A DNA stretch of 64,000 nt from Bacillota bacterium (GCA_017577945.2 PKQS02000010.1:4456-68455), one strand, 5' to 3'. Shown: positions 35,819-45,508, counted from the stretch's first letter. A program made the numbers and translations. Notes: a model not told the origin generated them from the letters alone.

Positions 35819-38347
35819 ATGCGCCGACGTGCAGTTCCCGTCTTCCGGCCCCGACGCCGGCGGAGCCGCTTCTGGACCGCTCTCTTTCTTGTTTTCCTCT
35901 TGCTCCTGGTCGGAGCCGGCGTGCTTTTCGGCGGCGGCTACTGGTACCTGACCGCTTCGTTGCCGCCGCGGGAAGGTACGATTTGGCTGGCCGGCCTGCG
36001 CAGTGAGGTGCGCATCTACTGGGACGAGCGCGGCGTGCCCCACATCGAGGCCGCCTACCCGGAGGACTTGTTCTTTGCCCAAGGATACGTAACGGCGCAG
36101 GACCGCTTGTGGCAGATGGACGTATACCGCCGCACGGCCGCGGGGCGGATGGCGGAAATCCTCGGCGAGTCGTCGCTGGAGCAGGACATGTTCTTCCGCA
36201 CGCTGGGCCTTCGGCAAGCCGCAGAGGCCAGCCTGGCGCTGGCCACCCCCGAGGCGCGGCAGATGGCCGAAGCGTACGCCGCCGGCGTAACGGCGTACAT
36301 CGAGCACGTCAAGGGTACCCGCCTCTTGCCCATTGAGTTTCGCTTGCTGGGGTACGAGCCCGAGCCGTGGACCGCGGTGGACAGCTTGCTCATCGCCCGC
36401 CTGATGGCTTACTACCTGAGCGGCAACTGGGAGCTGGAGCTGCAGCGGTACCTCATCGCGGAGACGGTGGGCTGGGATGTGCTGCACGAGTGGTTGCCGG
36501 AGTATCCGGCGTTCGCGCCCACCATTACTACGTGGGCGCCCATGCGGGAAGGCACCGCCGAGGAGCCGGCGGGAGAAGCCCCCGCCGTGCCGGCGGAGCC
36601 CTCGCCCGGGGCAGCGCCCGCAGAGCCCGCGCTACAGCCGCCCGCGGGCTTACCGCTGGCCGAGCTGGGGGCCGTTGAGCTCACCGGCGGGAGCAGCCCC
36701 GCGGCGCTGCAGCGGCTGCAGGCGCTGCTGCGCTTCGCCCCGCCGCCGTTTTTGGGCAGCAACAGCTGGGCGCTGGCGCCGTCGAAGACGGCCACGGGCG
36801 GAGCGCTGCTGGCCAACGACCCGCACATGCAGTTCGCGATACCGGCCCTCTGGCACCAGGTTCACCTCGTGCTGGAAGACGACTTCAACGTTATCGGCAT
36901 CACGGTGCCGGGCATCCCGGGCGTCGTGTTCGGCCGCAACGAGCACATCGCCTGGGCCATCACCTCGCTCATGGCGGACAGCCAGGACTTGTACATCCAG
37001 CGGCCGAATCCCGACAACCCCCGGGAGTTCTTGTACCAGGGGCGCTGGGAGCCCGCGACCGCGCGCGAGGAAATCATTTACGTCAAGGGCCGCTCCGAGC
37101 CGGTCGTCTACGAAGTGCTGGAGACGGCTCGCCACGGGCCCGTCCTCAACCCCGTGCTCGACGAAGAAGGCGTCCACGACGTCTTGTCCCTGCGCTGGAC
37201 CGCACTGGGCCCGACGCGGGAGCTCAACGCCCTGCTGCCGCTGATGCGCGCTCGCAATTTCGCGGAGTTCGAAGCGGCCGTCGACTTGTGGGACATGCCG
37301 GCGCTGAGCCTGCTGTACGCCGACGCAGAAGGCAACATCGGCTACAAAGCCACGGGCCTGTTGCCCGTGCGGCCCGCGGGAGCCGGCCGCTACCCGGTGC
37401 CGGCGTGGACGGGCGACTACGACTGGCTCGGTACCATCCCGAAGGAGGACATGCCGCGGGCATACAACCCCGAGAGCGGCTTCATCGTCACGGCCAACAA
37501 CGCGCCCGCGGACGCTGCCTATCCGCATTACATCGGCGACCAGTTCGATCCGTGGCGCGCCTTGCGCATCACCGAGGTGCTGGCGGCCGGCGCCGGCTTT
37601 ACCGCCGACGATATGCGGGCGCTGCAATTGGACGTGCTCAACGTGCACGCCCGCGCCGTGGCTCCCGTGCTGATCGAGGCCGTGGCGGCACACCTTGGGG
37701 GTGCGGTGCAGCCGGATCCCATGGAAACGGCCGCCTTGCGGCTGATGCAGCAGTGGGACTTCACCGAGCGGGCCGATGCGCCGCAGCCGTTCTTGTGGCA
37801 TCTGTGGCGCCAAGAGTTGCAGCGCCTCGTCCTGCGCGACCGCTTCGGGTTTGTGCCCAACGACGAGCTGCTGCTCGATCACGTGCTGCTGCGCATGGCG
37901 CCGGCGGAGCTGCAGGAGACGGCTACCGTGGCGTTCCGGGCGGCGCTGCGGCGCGCCGCGTCGCTCCAAGGCGACGATCCCGCCCTCTGGGAGTGGGGGC
38001 GCTGGCACCGGATGACGGTGTATCACCCGGTGGGCGAATCCTTGGCCGTGCTGGGATGGCTCTTCAACGTGGGCGACTGGCCCATCGCCGGCAGCAGCGA
38101 AACGCCCTACGCGGCCGGCTACAGTAGCAGCGGCCGCGTGCGCCACGGCGCGGCCTGGCGCATTGTGGTGGACCTGGCGGCAGGTACCGGCCGCGACGTG
38201 CTTCTGCCCGGCAACTCGGGCCACGTGCTGAGTCCGTTTTACCGGAACCAAGCCGAAACGTGGCTGGCCGGGGAGCTGGCGGAGCAGCCGTTCCGCCCAG
38301 ATCAGTACCGGCGTGGCACGTTGTTGCGCCTTCTGCCGGATGAGTGA
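35819..38347 (+). CDS. penicillin acylase family protein (Ntn hydrolase, S45)
   Basis: ATG 35819. N-terminal TM anchor, GVPHIEA..., AQGYVTAQDRLWQMD and the nucleophile site GSNSWA. Confidence 0.9.
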   Translation: MRRRAVPVFRPRRRRSRFWTALFLVFLLLLVGAGVLFGGGYWYLTASLPPREGTIWLAGLRSEVRIYWDERGVPHIEAAYPEDLFFAQGYVTAQDRLWQMDVYRRTAAGRMAEILGESSLEQDMFFRTLGLRQAAEASLALATPEARQMAEAYAAGVTAYIEHVKGTRLLPIEFRLLGYEPEPWTAVDSLLIARLMAYYLSGNWELELQRYLIAETVGWDVLHEWLPEYPAFAPTITTWAPMREGTAEEPAGEAPAVPAEPSPGAAPAEPALQPPAGLPLAELGAVELTGGSSPAALQRLQALLRFAPPPFLGSNSWALAPSKTATGGALLANDPHMQFAIPALWHQVHLVLEDDFNVIGITVPGIPGVVFGRNEHIAWAITSLMADSQDLYIQRPNPDNPREFLYQGRWEPATAREEIIYVKGRSEPVVYEVLETARHGPVLNPVLDEEGVHDVLSLRWTALGPTRELNALLPLMRARNFAEFEAAVDLWDMPALSLLYADAEGNIGYKATGLLPVRPAGAGRYPVPAWTGDYDWLGTIPKEDMPRAYNPESGFIVTANNAPADAAYPHYIGDQFDPWRALRITEVLAAGAGFTADDMRALQLDVLNVHARAVAPVLIEAVAAHLGGAVQPDPMETAALRLMQQWDFTERADAPQPFLWHLWRQELQRLVLRDRFGFVPNDELLLDHVLLRMAPAELQETATVAFRAALRRAASLQGDDPALWEWGRWHRMTVYHPVGESLAVLGWLFNVGDWPIAGSSETPYAAGYSSSGRVRHGAAWRIVVDLAAGTGRDVLLPGNSGHVLSPFYRNQAETWLAGELAEQPFRPDQYRRGTLLRLLPDE

Positions 38348-38371
38348 ATGTATGGCAATGTATGGTACACT
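38347..38371 (+). promoter_or_regulatory. tandem AATGTATGG repeats ending in extended -10 TATGGTACACT
   Basis: Repeats at 38347-38355 and 38357-38365, -10 TACACT at 38366-38371 with TG at 38363-38364. Overlaps the acylase stop codon. Confidence 0.45.
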
Positions 38372-38394
38372 ATGCTGTGGGGGGTGAAGCGATC

Positions 38395-38604
38395 GTGGCG
38401 TTTCCCGCCGAACGGACGGGGGAGATGATCTACGTCGTCCGCGTCGAGTACTTGAACGGCAACCGGCACTATTTCGCCTTCAACGACGAAGAAGAAGCGC
38501 GCGAGTTCCGCGGCCGGGTGCGCGAGACCGGCTTTGGCCAAATCAAACGGGCGGTCGACTTCGCCGTCCCTGTGTGCCGCCTCATTCCGAAAGAGGAAGA
38601 GTAA
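38395..38604 (+). CDS. small hypothetical protein (about 69 aa)
   Basis: GTG 38395 lies 7 nt after GGGGGGTGA. ...MIYVVRVEYLNGNRHYFAFNDEEEAREFRGRV... looks protein-like. The start is uncertain (ORF track 38344). Confidence 0.45.
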   Translation: MAFPAERTGEMIYVVRVEYLNGNRHYFAFNDEEEAREFRGRVRETGFGQIKRAVDFAVPVCRLIPKEEE

Positions 38605-38650
38605 CGCGTTCCCGCAGCCGCGTTCCGACGGCGCGAATACGATATCGCAA

Positions 38651-38720
38651 CGGTCCCGAGCCGCCTCCTCTCCTCCTCTTGTCTGGGTGCCCCCTTTCGG
38701 CGAGCGCGGGACCGTTTTTT
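38651..38720 (+). terminator. long stem-loop with T6 run
   Basis: CGGTCCCG (38651-38658) pairs with CGGGACCG (38707-38714), followed by TTTTTT (38715-38720). The interior is large and partly paired. Confidence 0.5.
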
Positions 38721-38849
38721 GTCGGCGCTCGGCAGGAACCGGCCCGTGGGCTGCGAAATGGTTGCAGCGTCTCGCCGCCGCGGCGGCCGCCGGCGCAAAG
38801 CGGCGGGCAGGGGCATGAGGCAATCGATCGAGCGAACGGTGATGCCGCC

Positions 38850-40013
38850 GTGTTCGTCCACGAGCTGGAAACCCCCGTGACCATCGTCGATTTGGACGTT
38901 TTGGAACGCAACATCGCGTCGATGGCGGCGCTTTGCCGCGCCGGCGGCGTGGCGCTGCGGCCGATGATCAAGACCCACAAGTCGCCGTTCATCGCAAGAC
39001 GGCAAATGGAGCACGGCGCCGTCGGCGTGCTCGTGGCCACGCTGGATGAAGCGGAGGAAATGGCCCGCGCGGGCATTGCAGACATCACGGTGGCCTATCC
39101 GCTCATCAACCCCGAGCAGCGGAAACGGCTCCGGCGGCTGGCCGAGCGCGTCAAGCTGACCGTAAGCGTCGACTCCGTCGCCGCCGTGCAGGCGTTCAGC
39201 GCCGTCTTCGGCCCCGCGGCGCAGGCCGGCAGGCCCCCCGTAGACGTGCTGATCATCATCGACTCGGGCGGGCGCCGGCTCGGCGTGACGCCCGATGTGG
39301 CCGTCGAGATCGCGCGAGCGATCGTTGCCGCTCCCGGGCTGCGATTGGCCGGTGTCGCCACGCACCCCGGCCACGTGTACGGCTGTTCGTCGCCGGCGGA
39401 AGTAGAAGCGGTGGCCGCGCAGGAAACCGGCGCGGTGCTGGCGGCGGCCGAGAAGCTGCGGGCCGCGGGCTTCGCGGTGTCCACGGTGGCCGTCGGCTCG
39501 ACGCCCACTGCTCGCTTTTCCAGCAAGACGCCCGGCATCACCGAAATCCGCCCCGGCAACTACGTGTTCTACGACGCCATCCAAGTGGCGCTGGGCTCGG
39601 CCACGCTAGACGACTGTGCGCTGCGGGTGCTGGGCACAGTCCTGAGCCGCCCCACGCCCCGGACGGCCGTCGTCGACGTGGGCAGCAAGATGCTCAGCAG
39701 CGACAAGGGCGCCCACGGGTTGGAACTGGTGCGCGGCTACGGCGTCGTCGTCGGTCATCCCGACGTGGTCGTCGAGCGGGTGTCGGAAGAGCTGGCCGTC
39801 TTGTCGCTGCCGCCGGAATCTCCCTTGCAGGTGGGCGACCGCATCGAAATCGTGCCGAACCATGCGTGCACCGCCTGCAACTTGGTGGACGCGCTCGTCG
39901 GCGTGCGGGACGGCGTCGTGGAAACCGTCATCCCGGTCACTGCCCGGCGCCGTATCCGGCTGCCGGAGCCGGCGGATGCGGCCGCCGGCGCGACTCCTGA
40001 ACACGGCGCGTAA
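38850..40013 (+). CDS. D-TA family PLP-dependent enzyme (D-threonine aldolase / D-serine dehydratase-like, alanine racemase N-terminal fold)
   Basis: GTG 38850 gives VFVHELETPVTIVDLDVLERNI. The PLP-lysine context is RPMIKTHKSP. The ORF-track start at 38574 is rejected. Confidence 0.75.
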   Translation: MFVHELETPVTIVDLDVLERNIASMAALCRAGGVALRPMIKTHKSPFIARRQMEHGAVGVLVATLDEAEEMARAGIADITVAYPLINPEQRKRLRRLAERVKLTVSVDSVAAVQAFSAVFGPAAQAGRPPVDVLIIIDSGGRRLGVTPDVAVEIARAIVAAPGLRLAGVATHPGHVYGCSSPAEVEAVAAQETGAVLAAAEKLRAAGFAVSTVAVGSTPTARFSSKTPGITEIRPGNYVFYDAIQVALGSATLDDCALRVLGTVLSRPTPRTAVVDVGSKMLSSDKGAHGLELVRGYGVVVGHPDVVVERVSEELAVLSLPPESPLQVGDRIEIVPNHACTACNLVDALVGVRDGVVETVIPVTARRRIRLPEPADAAAGATPEHGA

Positions 40014-40100
40014 AGGTTGGCGAGGCCGGGGCGCTAGAGCCACCGGCCCTGCGCATGTTCCCCCATCCCGGCGCATAGACGTGGCCAGGAGGGGGTTTGT

Positions 40101-41111
40101 ATGTTCCGGCGAACGGCTCGAGAACCTCGCGTCGGCTTCTACGTCCTCTCGCTGCGCGGCCTGCTCCGGTTTCGCCTGCCGCGCCCGCGCCGCCTGCTGA
40201 CCCACGGCGCGCTGCTGGTCAGCGCCCTATTTTACGTGTACGTCGCCGTCATGGCCTGGGCCACCTGGGAACAGACCTACGCCCCCCTCGAATGCGGCTT
40301 TCCCGTCGTCTCGCTCATCGACGCCACGCAGCCGGAGCGCTTCTCCGGCCTGGCGGCCGCCGAAGACTTGCCCTGGGCCGCGTCGCCTCCCGAAGCGCTC
40401 CGGGCCGCCTGGCAGGCCATCGGTTCCAGCCGTCTGCTGGCCGCCTTTCGCATCACCTTGCCCAACCCGCTATGGGATGAACCAAGCAACATCGCCACCG
40501 CGGCGCGCTACCTGGCCGGCGCCATTTTGCAGCCGGGCCAGCAATTGTCGGTCCTGGAACGCATCGGCCCCCTGACGCGCTCGCGCGGCTTCGGCGACGG
40601 GCCCGGATACTCGGGCGGCCGCCTTGTGGCGGTGGTGGCCGGCGGCGTGTGCAAAATCGGTACAGCCGTTTACAACGCCGCCATCCATGCGGGCCTGACC
40701 GTGCTGGAGCGGCATCCGCACACGATGCTGGTGCCCTACGTCGCACCCGGTCGCGACGCCGCCCTGGCCACCGGTCACAAGGACGTGCGCCTGCGCAACG
40801 ACTACGATCGCCCCGTGCTCATCTGGGCCGGCATGGCCGACAACACGCTGTTCGTCGCCGTCTACGGCGAGGCGGAACCGCCCGCCGTGGAATGGATCCA
40901 CGAGGAGCTGGCGCGCGAAGCGCCGCCGCTGGAACGGCGTCCCAATCCCGATCTGCCCGCGGGGGAAGAGCGCGTCGTGTTTGCGGGCTACCCCGGCCTC
41001 ACCGTGCGCACGTCCATCGTCGTTCAGCGGCCGGGCCGGCCGCCCGAAACGAAGGTGCTGAGCACCGACACGTACCGCCCGCTGCGGGGCATCATTGAAT
41101 ACGGACCGTAA
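40101..41111 (+). CDS. VanW family protein
   Basis: ATG 40101 after AGGAGGGGG. N-terminal TM and a VanW core (GGVCKIGTAVYNAAIHAGL...ERHPH). Confidence 0.85.
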   Translation: MFRRTAREPRVGFYVLSLRGLLRFRLPRPRRLLTHGALLVSALFYVYVAVMAWATWEQTYAPLECGFPVVSLIDATQPERFSGLAAAEDLPWAASPPEALRAAWQAIGSSRLLAAFRITLPNPLWDEPSNIATAARYLAGAILQPGQQLSVLERIGPLTRSRGFGDGPGYSGGRLVAVVAGGVCKIGTAVYNAAIHAGLTVLERHPHTMLVPYVAPGRDAALATGHKDVRLRNDYDRPVLIWAGMADNTLFVAVYGEAEPPAVEWIHEELAREAPPLERRPNPDLPAGEERVVFAGYPGLTVRTSIVVQRPGRPPETKVLSTDTYRPLRGIIEYGP

Positions 41112-41312
41112 ACCGAATACGGGTCGGACACCGACCGATACGGCCCGGAAAGCGGCCGGCGCCCCGCGCCCTTCCCGCTTCCCGCCTCCCGGCAGGAATC
41201 CGCGACGCCGTTGCCAAGTCCTATACGAAACCGCGGCTGCCGCGACCTCGCGCGGGCGCCGCAATCCGTGCGTTCCCCCCTGCCGGCGGGTGAGGTTGAG
41301 GAGTGGGTTCCT

Positions 41313-41741
41313 TTGCGCGAGCTGTGGAATGAATTTAAGAAGTTCGCCATGCGCGGCAACGTCATCGACCTCGCGGTGGCGGTCGTCGTCGGCAACGCGT
41401 TCAACCGCATCGTCGGCTCGCTGGTGGACGACATGCTGATGCCCGTCATCGGCATCCTGGTAGGCCGCCTGGACCTGTCCGGGCTGCAGCTGCGCGCCGG
41501 CGACGTGGTGCTCCGCTACGGCATGTTCCTGCAGACGGTCGTCGACTTCCTCATCGTGGCGTTTACCGTCTTCATGCTCGTTCGTGTCATTAATCGCGCC
41601 AAGGCAGTGATCGAGCGGGAAGAAGCCGAAAAAGCGGCAGCGCAGGCAGCCGAGTCACCGCCTCCGCCGCCCCGGGAGCAGGTGCTCCTGGAAGAGATTC
41701 GCGACCTGCTGAAGGAGCTGCGCGACCGGCAGCCTGCGTAA
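41313..41741 (+). CDS. mscL: large-conductance mechanosensitive channel
   Basis: TTG 41313 lies 9 nt after GAGGAG. EFKKFAMRGNVIDLAVAVVVGNAF is the MscL signature. Confidence 0.9.
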   Translation: MRELWNEFKKFAMRGNVIDLAVAVVVGNAFNRIVGSLVDDMLMPVIGILVGRLDLSGLQLRAGDVVLRYGMFLQTVVDFLIVAFTVFMLVRVINRAKAVIEREEAEKAAAQAAESPPPPPREQVLLEEIRDLLKELRDRQPA

Positions 41742-41893
41742 GCGCAGCCCTAACGCCGCCAAGCAAGCCGCACAAGCGGGCCGCATAGGCAGGCCGCGGA
41801 CGACCCTTGCGGCCATACTATGACTGCCCCGGGCGGATGAACACGCTGCGGAAGCGGCACAGGGCGCCGGGGATGCGCGGCGCGAAGGGAGGC

Positions 41894-42340
41894 ATGAGCA
41901 TGAGCGGAAAGAAGGAACGTCTCGTGCTGAGCGACGAAGAATGGCGGCGCCGGCTGACGCCGCTGCAGTTCGAGGTGGCGCGCAAAGGCGGCACGGAGCC
42001 GCCTTTCACCGGCGCTTACTGGGACGCGAAAGACAAAGGCATTTATCGCTGCGTCTGCTGCGGCCAGCCGCTGTTCCACTCGGACACCAAGTACGATTCG
42101 GGCACGGGGTGGCCGAGCTTCTGGGACGTCATCGACAAAGAGGCGGTCTACTTCGTGGAAGACCGCCGCTACGGCATGGTCCGGACGGAAGTGCGCTGCA
42201 GCCGGTGCGACGCCCATTTGGGCCACGTCTTCCCCGACGGGCCGGAACCTACGGGCCTGCGCTACTGCATGAACTCGGCGGCCCTGCAGCTGGACCGGGA
42301 GGCGGCGGACGGCGACCAAGCGAAGCCGCGGCGAGAGTAG
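41894..42340 (+). CDS. msrB: peptide-methionine (R)-S-oxide reductase
   Basis: CxxC pairs ([21 protein letters not shown]), GWPSF and RYCMNS. ATG 41894 or 41900. Confidence 0.9.
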   Translation: MSMSGKKERLVLSDEEWRRRLTPLQFEVARKGGTEPPFTGAYWDAKDKGIYRCVCCGQPLFHSDTKYDSGTGWPSFWDVIDKEAVYFVEDRRYGMVRTEVRCSRCDAHLGHVFPDGPEPTGLRYCMNSAALQLDREAADGDQAKPRRE

Positions 42341-42541
42341 CGAAAGGCGCGTGGCGGAAGCGGAAGACGTGCAGCGAAAGACGCAGGCGGTCCGGAACGC
42401 GGGCCGCCTTTCCGTTTCCCGGGGCGGCGGCGGTCCTCCGGCCCGCGCCAGCCTGCCGAAGTGTGTGCGCGTCTAAGATTGTTGCCGTTGACCAACTCGC
42501 CACCGATGCTTTAGGGTGAAAGCGGTTCGGGAGGAACGCCC

Positions 42542-43423
42542 ATGGACCGCCAGACCCGGACTCTCGTCGCCGCGACGTGGGTCGGCATCGCCGTCAACGT
42601 AATCCTGACCGTCGCCAAGATCGTCGTCGGGGTCGTCGCCGCCAGCCAAGCCCTGCTGGCCGACGCCGCCCACTCCGCCTCGGATATCCTCGCTTCGTTA
42701 GTGGCGCTCATCGCCATCCGCATCGCCAGCAAGCCTCCGGATCCCGAGCACCCTTACGGCCACGGCAAAGCCGAGTACATAGCATCCATCATCGTCGGCC
42801 TGCTGCTCATCGCGGTCGGCGCTGAATTGGCCGTTTCCTCCGGCCGCATCGTCTGGAGCGGAGCGCCCCGGGCTCCCGGGGTGCTGGCGCTGCCGCTCAT
42901 GGCGGCCGACGTCGCCGTCAAGGAGCTGCTTTTCCATTACAAGATCCGCATCGGCCGCCGCTTGCGCAGCGCGGCCGTCATCGCGGAAGCGTGGCACCAT
43001 CGCTCCGACAGCTATTCGTCCGTCGCGGCGCTGCTCGGCATCGCCGCCGCGCTGGCGGGCCAGCGCTGGGGCCTGGCACCGCTGCTCTACGGGGACGCGG
43101 CCGCGGGCCTCGCGGTGTCGCTGCTCATCATGAAGATGGGCTTTTCGCTGGTAAAGCAGTCGAGCAACGTGATGATGGAAAACGTCCTGGGCGAGTGGGA
43201 AGCGCGGCGGTACGCGCGCACGGCGGCCGCGGTCGAAGGGGTTACGCGGGTCGACCAGGTGCTGGCCCGCTCGCACGGGCGCTACGTGGTCATCGACATC
43301 GCCATCGGCGTCAATCCGAAGATCAGCGTCGAGGCGGGCCACGCCATCGGCTGCCGGGTCCGCCAAGCGCTTATTGAGGCACATCCCGAGGTGCGAGACG
43401 TGTTCGTCCAGGTGAACCCGTAA
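42542..43423 (+). CDS. cation diffusion facilitator family transporter
   Basis: ALLADAAHSASD, HPYGHGKAEY and HHRSD motifs, with six TM segments. Confidence 0.9.
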   Translation: MDRQTRTLVAATWVGIAVNVILTVAKIVVGVVAASQALLADAAHSASDILASLVALIAIRIASKPPDPEHPYGHGKAEYIASIIVGLLLIAVGAELAVSSGRIVWSGAPRAPGVLALPLMAADVAVKELLFHYKIRIGRRLRSAAVIAEAWHHRSDSYSSVAALLGIAAALAGQRWGLAPLLYGDAAAGLAVSLLIMKMGFSLVKQSSNVMMENVLGEWEARRYARTAAAVEGVTRVDQVLARSHGRYVVIDIAIGVNPKISVEAGHAIGCRVRQALIEAHPEVRDVFVQVNP

Positions 43424-43464
43424 AAAAAGCCGCCGCAGACGGTAGCCTGCGACGGCTTTCTTGT
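43424..43464. terminator. bidirectional terminator between CDF gene and tRNA operon
   Basis: An A7 run, a GCCGCCGCAG / CTGCGACGGC stem (one mismatch), then TTTCTT. On the minus strand the stem is followed by TTTTTTT. Confidence 0.75.
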
Positions 43465-43540
43465 TGGTGCCCCGCCAGGGACTCGAACCCCGAACCCACG
43501 GATTAAGAGTCCGCTGCTCTACCAATTGAGCTAGCGGGGC
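43465..43540 (-). tRNA. tRNA-Lys (anticodon CTT)
   Basis: The reverse complement folds as a 76-nt cloverleaf GCCCCGC...GCGGGGCACCA. Anticodon loop CTCTTAA, encoded CCA. Confidence 0.95.
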
Positions 43541-43546
43541 CTACAC

Positions 43547-43622
43547 TGGTAGCGGCGGCTGGATTCGAACCAGCGACACCACGGGTATGAGCCGTGTGCT
43601 CTAACCCCTGAGCTACGCCGCC
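43547..43622 (-). tRNA. tRNA-Met or tRNA-Ile2 (anticodon CAT, elongator type)
   Basis: GGCGGCGTAGCTCAGGGG...CTCATAC...TTCGAATCCAGCCGCCGCTACCA. Position 1:72 is paired, so it is not an initiator. Confidence 0.9.
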
Positions 43623-43630
43623 GTAACGAG

Positions 43631-43662
43631 CGCTCCGTCCGGCGCAGAGCGCCGGACGAGCG
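43631..43662 (-). promoter_or_regulatory. strong hairpin in the spacer between tRNA-fMet and tRNA-Met
   Basis: 14-bp stem with one bulge (CGCTCCGTCCGGCGC aga GCGCCGGACGAGCG) and no T-run. Confidence 0.6.
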
Positions 43663-43666
43663 TGAC

Positions 43667-43742
43667 TGGTTGCGGGGGCAGGATTCGAACCTGCGACCTT
43701 CGGATTATGAGCCCGACGAGCTACCCACTGCTCCACCCCGCG
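43667..43742 (-). tRNA. initiator tRNA-fMet (anticodon CAT)
   Basis: CGCGGGGTGGAGCAGTGGGTAGCTCGTCGGGCTCATAATCCGAAGGTCGCAGGTTCGAATCCTGCCCCCGCAACCA. Shows the C1:A72 mismatch and the GGG run in the anticodon stem that are typical of initiators. Confidence 0.95.
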
Positions 43743-43769
43743 ACGTCCTGCGGTATCACCGCACTCGCC

Positions 43770-43798
43770 ATTATACACAACCCCTCGGCGATGGTCAA
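43770..43798 (-). promoter_or_regulatory. tRNA operon promoter TTGACC-17-TATAAT
   Basis: On the minus strand, -35 is the complement of 43793-43798 and -10 the complement of 43770-43775. It lies about 28 nt upstream of the tRNA-fMet 5' end. Confidence 0.8.
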
Positions 43799-43882
43799 CC
43801 CCGTTTGCGGCGCGCGTTTCCCCTCCGGAGGTGGATTGCGCGGCGGCAATCAAGTATTGTGTAGAAGAGGGGGCATGACCCG

Positions 43883-44797
43883 GTGGAGGTTATCAAGATT
43901 AGCCCGCGCGGCTATTGCTACGGCGTCGTGGACGCCATCAACCTGGCGAAGAAAGCGGCGAAGGATCCGCACATCCCCAAGCCCATCTACATTCTTGGCG
44001 CCATCGTGCACAACCGCCACGCGGTGGCGGAGCTGGAAGAATACGGCATCATCTCCCTGGAAGGCGACGACCGCGAAGCGTTGCTGGATCAAGTTTCCGA
44101 GGGCACGGTCATTTTCACCGCCCACGGCGTTTCGCCCGCCGTCAAGCAAAAGGCGCGCGCGAAAGGATTGTTTTGCATCGACGCGACGTGCCCGGACGTC
44201 ACCCGCACGCACAAGCTGGTGAAGGAGCTGGCCGCCCAAGGCTACACGATTTTGTACATCGGCAAGCGGGGCCATCCCGAGCCCGCGGGCGTCATCGGCG
44301 AGGCGCCCGACCACGTGCATCTGGTGGAAAACGAGGCGGACGTGGACGCGCTGGGCATCGAGCCGGATCGAGAGCGCATCGCCGTCACGACCCAGACGAC
44401 GCTGAGCAAGTGGGACACCGAACGGGTGCTGAACTACATCAAGCAGCGGTATCCCCAGGCGCTCGTTTTCAACGATCTGTGCATGGCGACGCAGGAGCGG
44501 CAGGAGGCGGCGGTGGCCCAGGGCCGGGACGCGGACTTGGTGCTGGTGGTAGGCGACACCCGCAGCAACAATTCCAATCGCCTCGTGCAGGTAGTGCAGG
44601 AAATCGCCCGCCGGCCCGCTCGCCTCATCGACAGCGTCGCCGACCTGCGCCCCGAGTGGTTCGCCGGCGTCAAGCGGGTGGCGGTCACGGCGGGCTCGTC
44701 GACGCCCAGCCGCATCACCCGGGAAGTCATCGAATACCTCGAGTCGCTGCCGGTGGAAGTGCTGGCGCCGAAAACCGAAACGGAAGCCGAATCGTAA
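43883..44797 (+). CDS. ispH: 4-hydroxy-3-methylbut-2-enyl diphosphate reductase
   Basis: GTG 43883. SPRGYCYGVVDAI, IVHN, TAHGVSP and DATCPDVT motifs. Confidence 0.95.
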   Translation: MEVIKISPRGYCYGVVDAINLAKKAAKDPHIPKPIYILGAIVHNRHAVAELEEYGIISLEGDDREALLDQVSEGTVIFTAHGVSPAVKQKARAKGLFCIDATCPDVTRTHKLVKELAAQGYTILYIGKRGHPEPAGVIGEAPDHVHLVENEADVDALGIEPDRERIAVTTQTTLSKWDTERVLNYIKQRYPQALVFNDLCMATQERQEAAVAQGRDADLVLVVGDTRSNNSNRLVQVVQEIARRPARLIDSVADLRPEWFAGVKRVAVTAGSSTPSRITREVIEYLESLPVEVLAPKTETEAES

Positions 44798-44848
44798 CGC
44801 TTCCGAAAGCCGCGCCGCGCCGCCCGCGCCGCCTGGACCCGGCGTGCG

Positions 44849-45508
44849 CTACGCCGACCACTCGCTGCTGTCTTCCGCCGCTTTCTCTTCGCTTTCCGTC
44901 TTGAGTGCGGTTTCAAGCCGGTTGAGCAGCTCTTCTTTGCGGCCGAAGGCGTACACCACCTGAGCGTAGCGCAGCCCCGCCTTGCGCGCCACCGCTTTCA
45001 GCGTCAGCCGCTCGCCGCTGTCCATCAGCTCGCGAGCCGCCTGCAGCGCCCGCTCCGTCGTCTCCTCCTTGGACAGCCGGCCCGACTGCGGTTCAGCGTA
45101 CGGCCGAGCGCCAAAGCCCGTTTCGGCGGCATTCAGCCGCTGAAACGCCTCCAGGGTAAACTTGTCGATGCGGCGAATGCCCGCGCTCACTTCGTGCAAG
45201 TACACATCGTGCTGCTCCAGCTTGTGGCGGATGTGCCGCAGCTCCTCCAGCACCGGATCCAGCCCGCGCCGGATCGCCTGCTCCGAGACGTCAACGTGAG
45301 CCGCCGAAGCGCGGCTCGCCATGTCGCCCAGCGAATCCAGCATGTTGGCGAACGCGCGGTAGGCTCGCATGCCCAAGTCGACAAACAATTGATCTTCGCC
45401 CGTGCCGTCCATCAGCTCGGCCTCCTCCCGCCGGCGGCGATCCAGCAGCCGGCCGGCCGCCTCCTCGTGCTCCAGCGCCGCATAATACCGTTGCTTGCCG
45501 CTTTTCAA
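44849..45508 (-). CDS. hypothetical protein with C-terminal TetR-like helix-turn-helix
   Basis: TTG 45508 lies 7 nt after AAGGGGGG. The C-terminal LTLKAVARKAGLRYAQVVYAFGRKEELL resembles the TetR N-terminal HTH. The rest is charged and helical-looking. Confidence 0.6.
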   Translation of the reverse strand: MKSGKQRYYAALEHEEAAGRLLDRRRREEAELMDGTGEDQLFVDLGMRAYRAFANMLDSLGDMASRASAAHVDVSEQAIRRGLDPVLEELRHIRHKLEQHDVYLHEVSAGIRRIDKFTLEAFQRLNAAETGFGARPYAEPQSGRLSKEETTERALQAARELMDSGERLTLKAVARKAGLRYAQVVYAFGRKEELLNRLETALKTESEEKAAEDSSEWSA

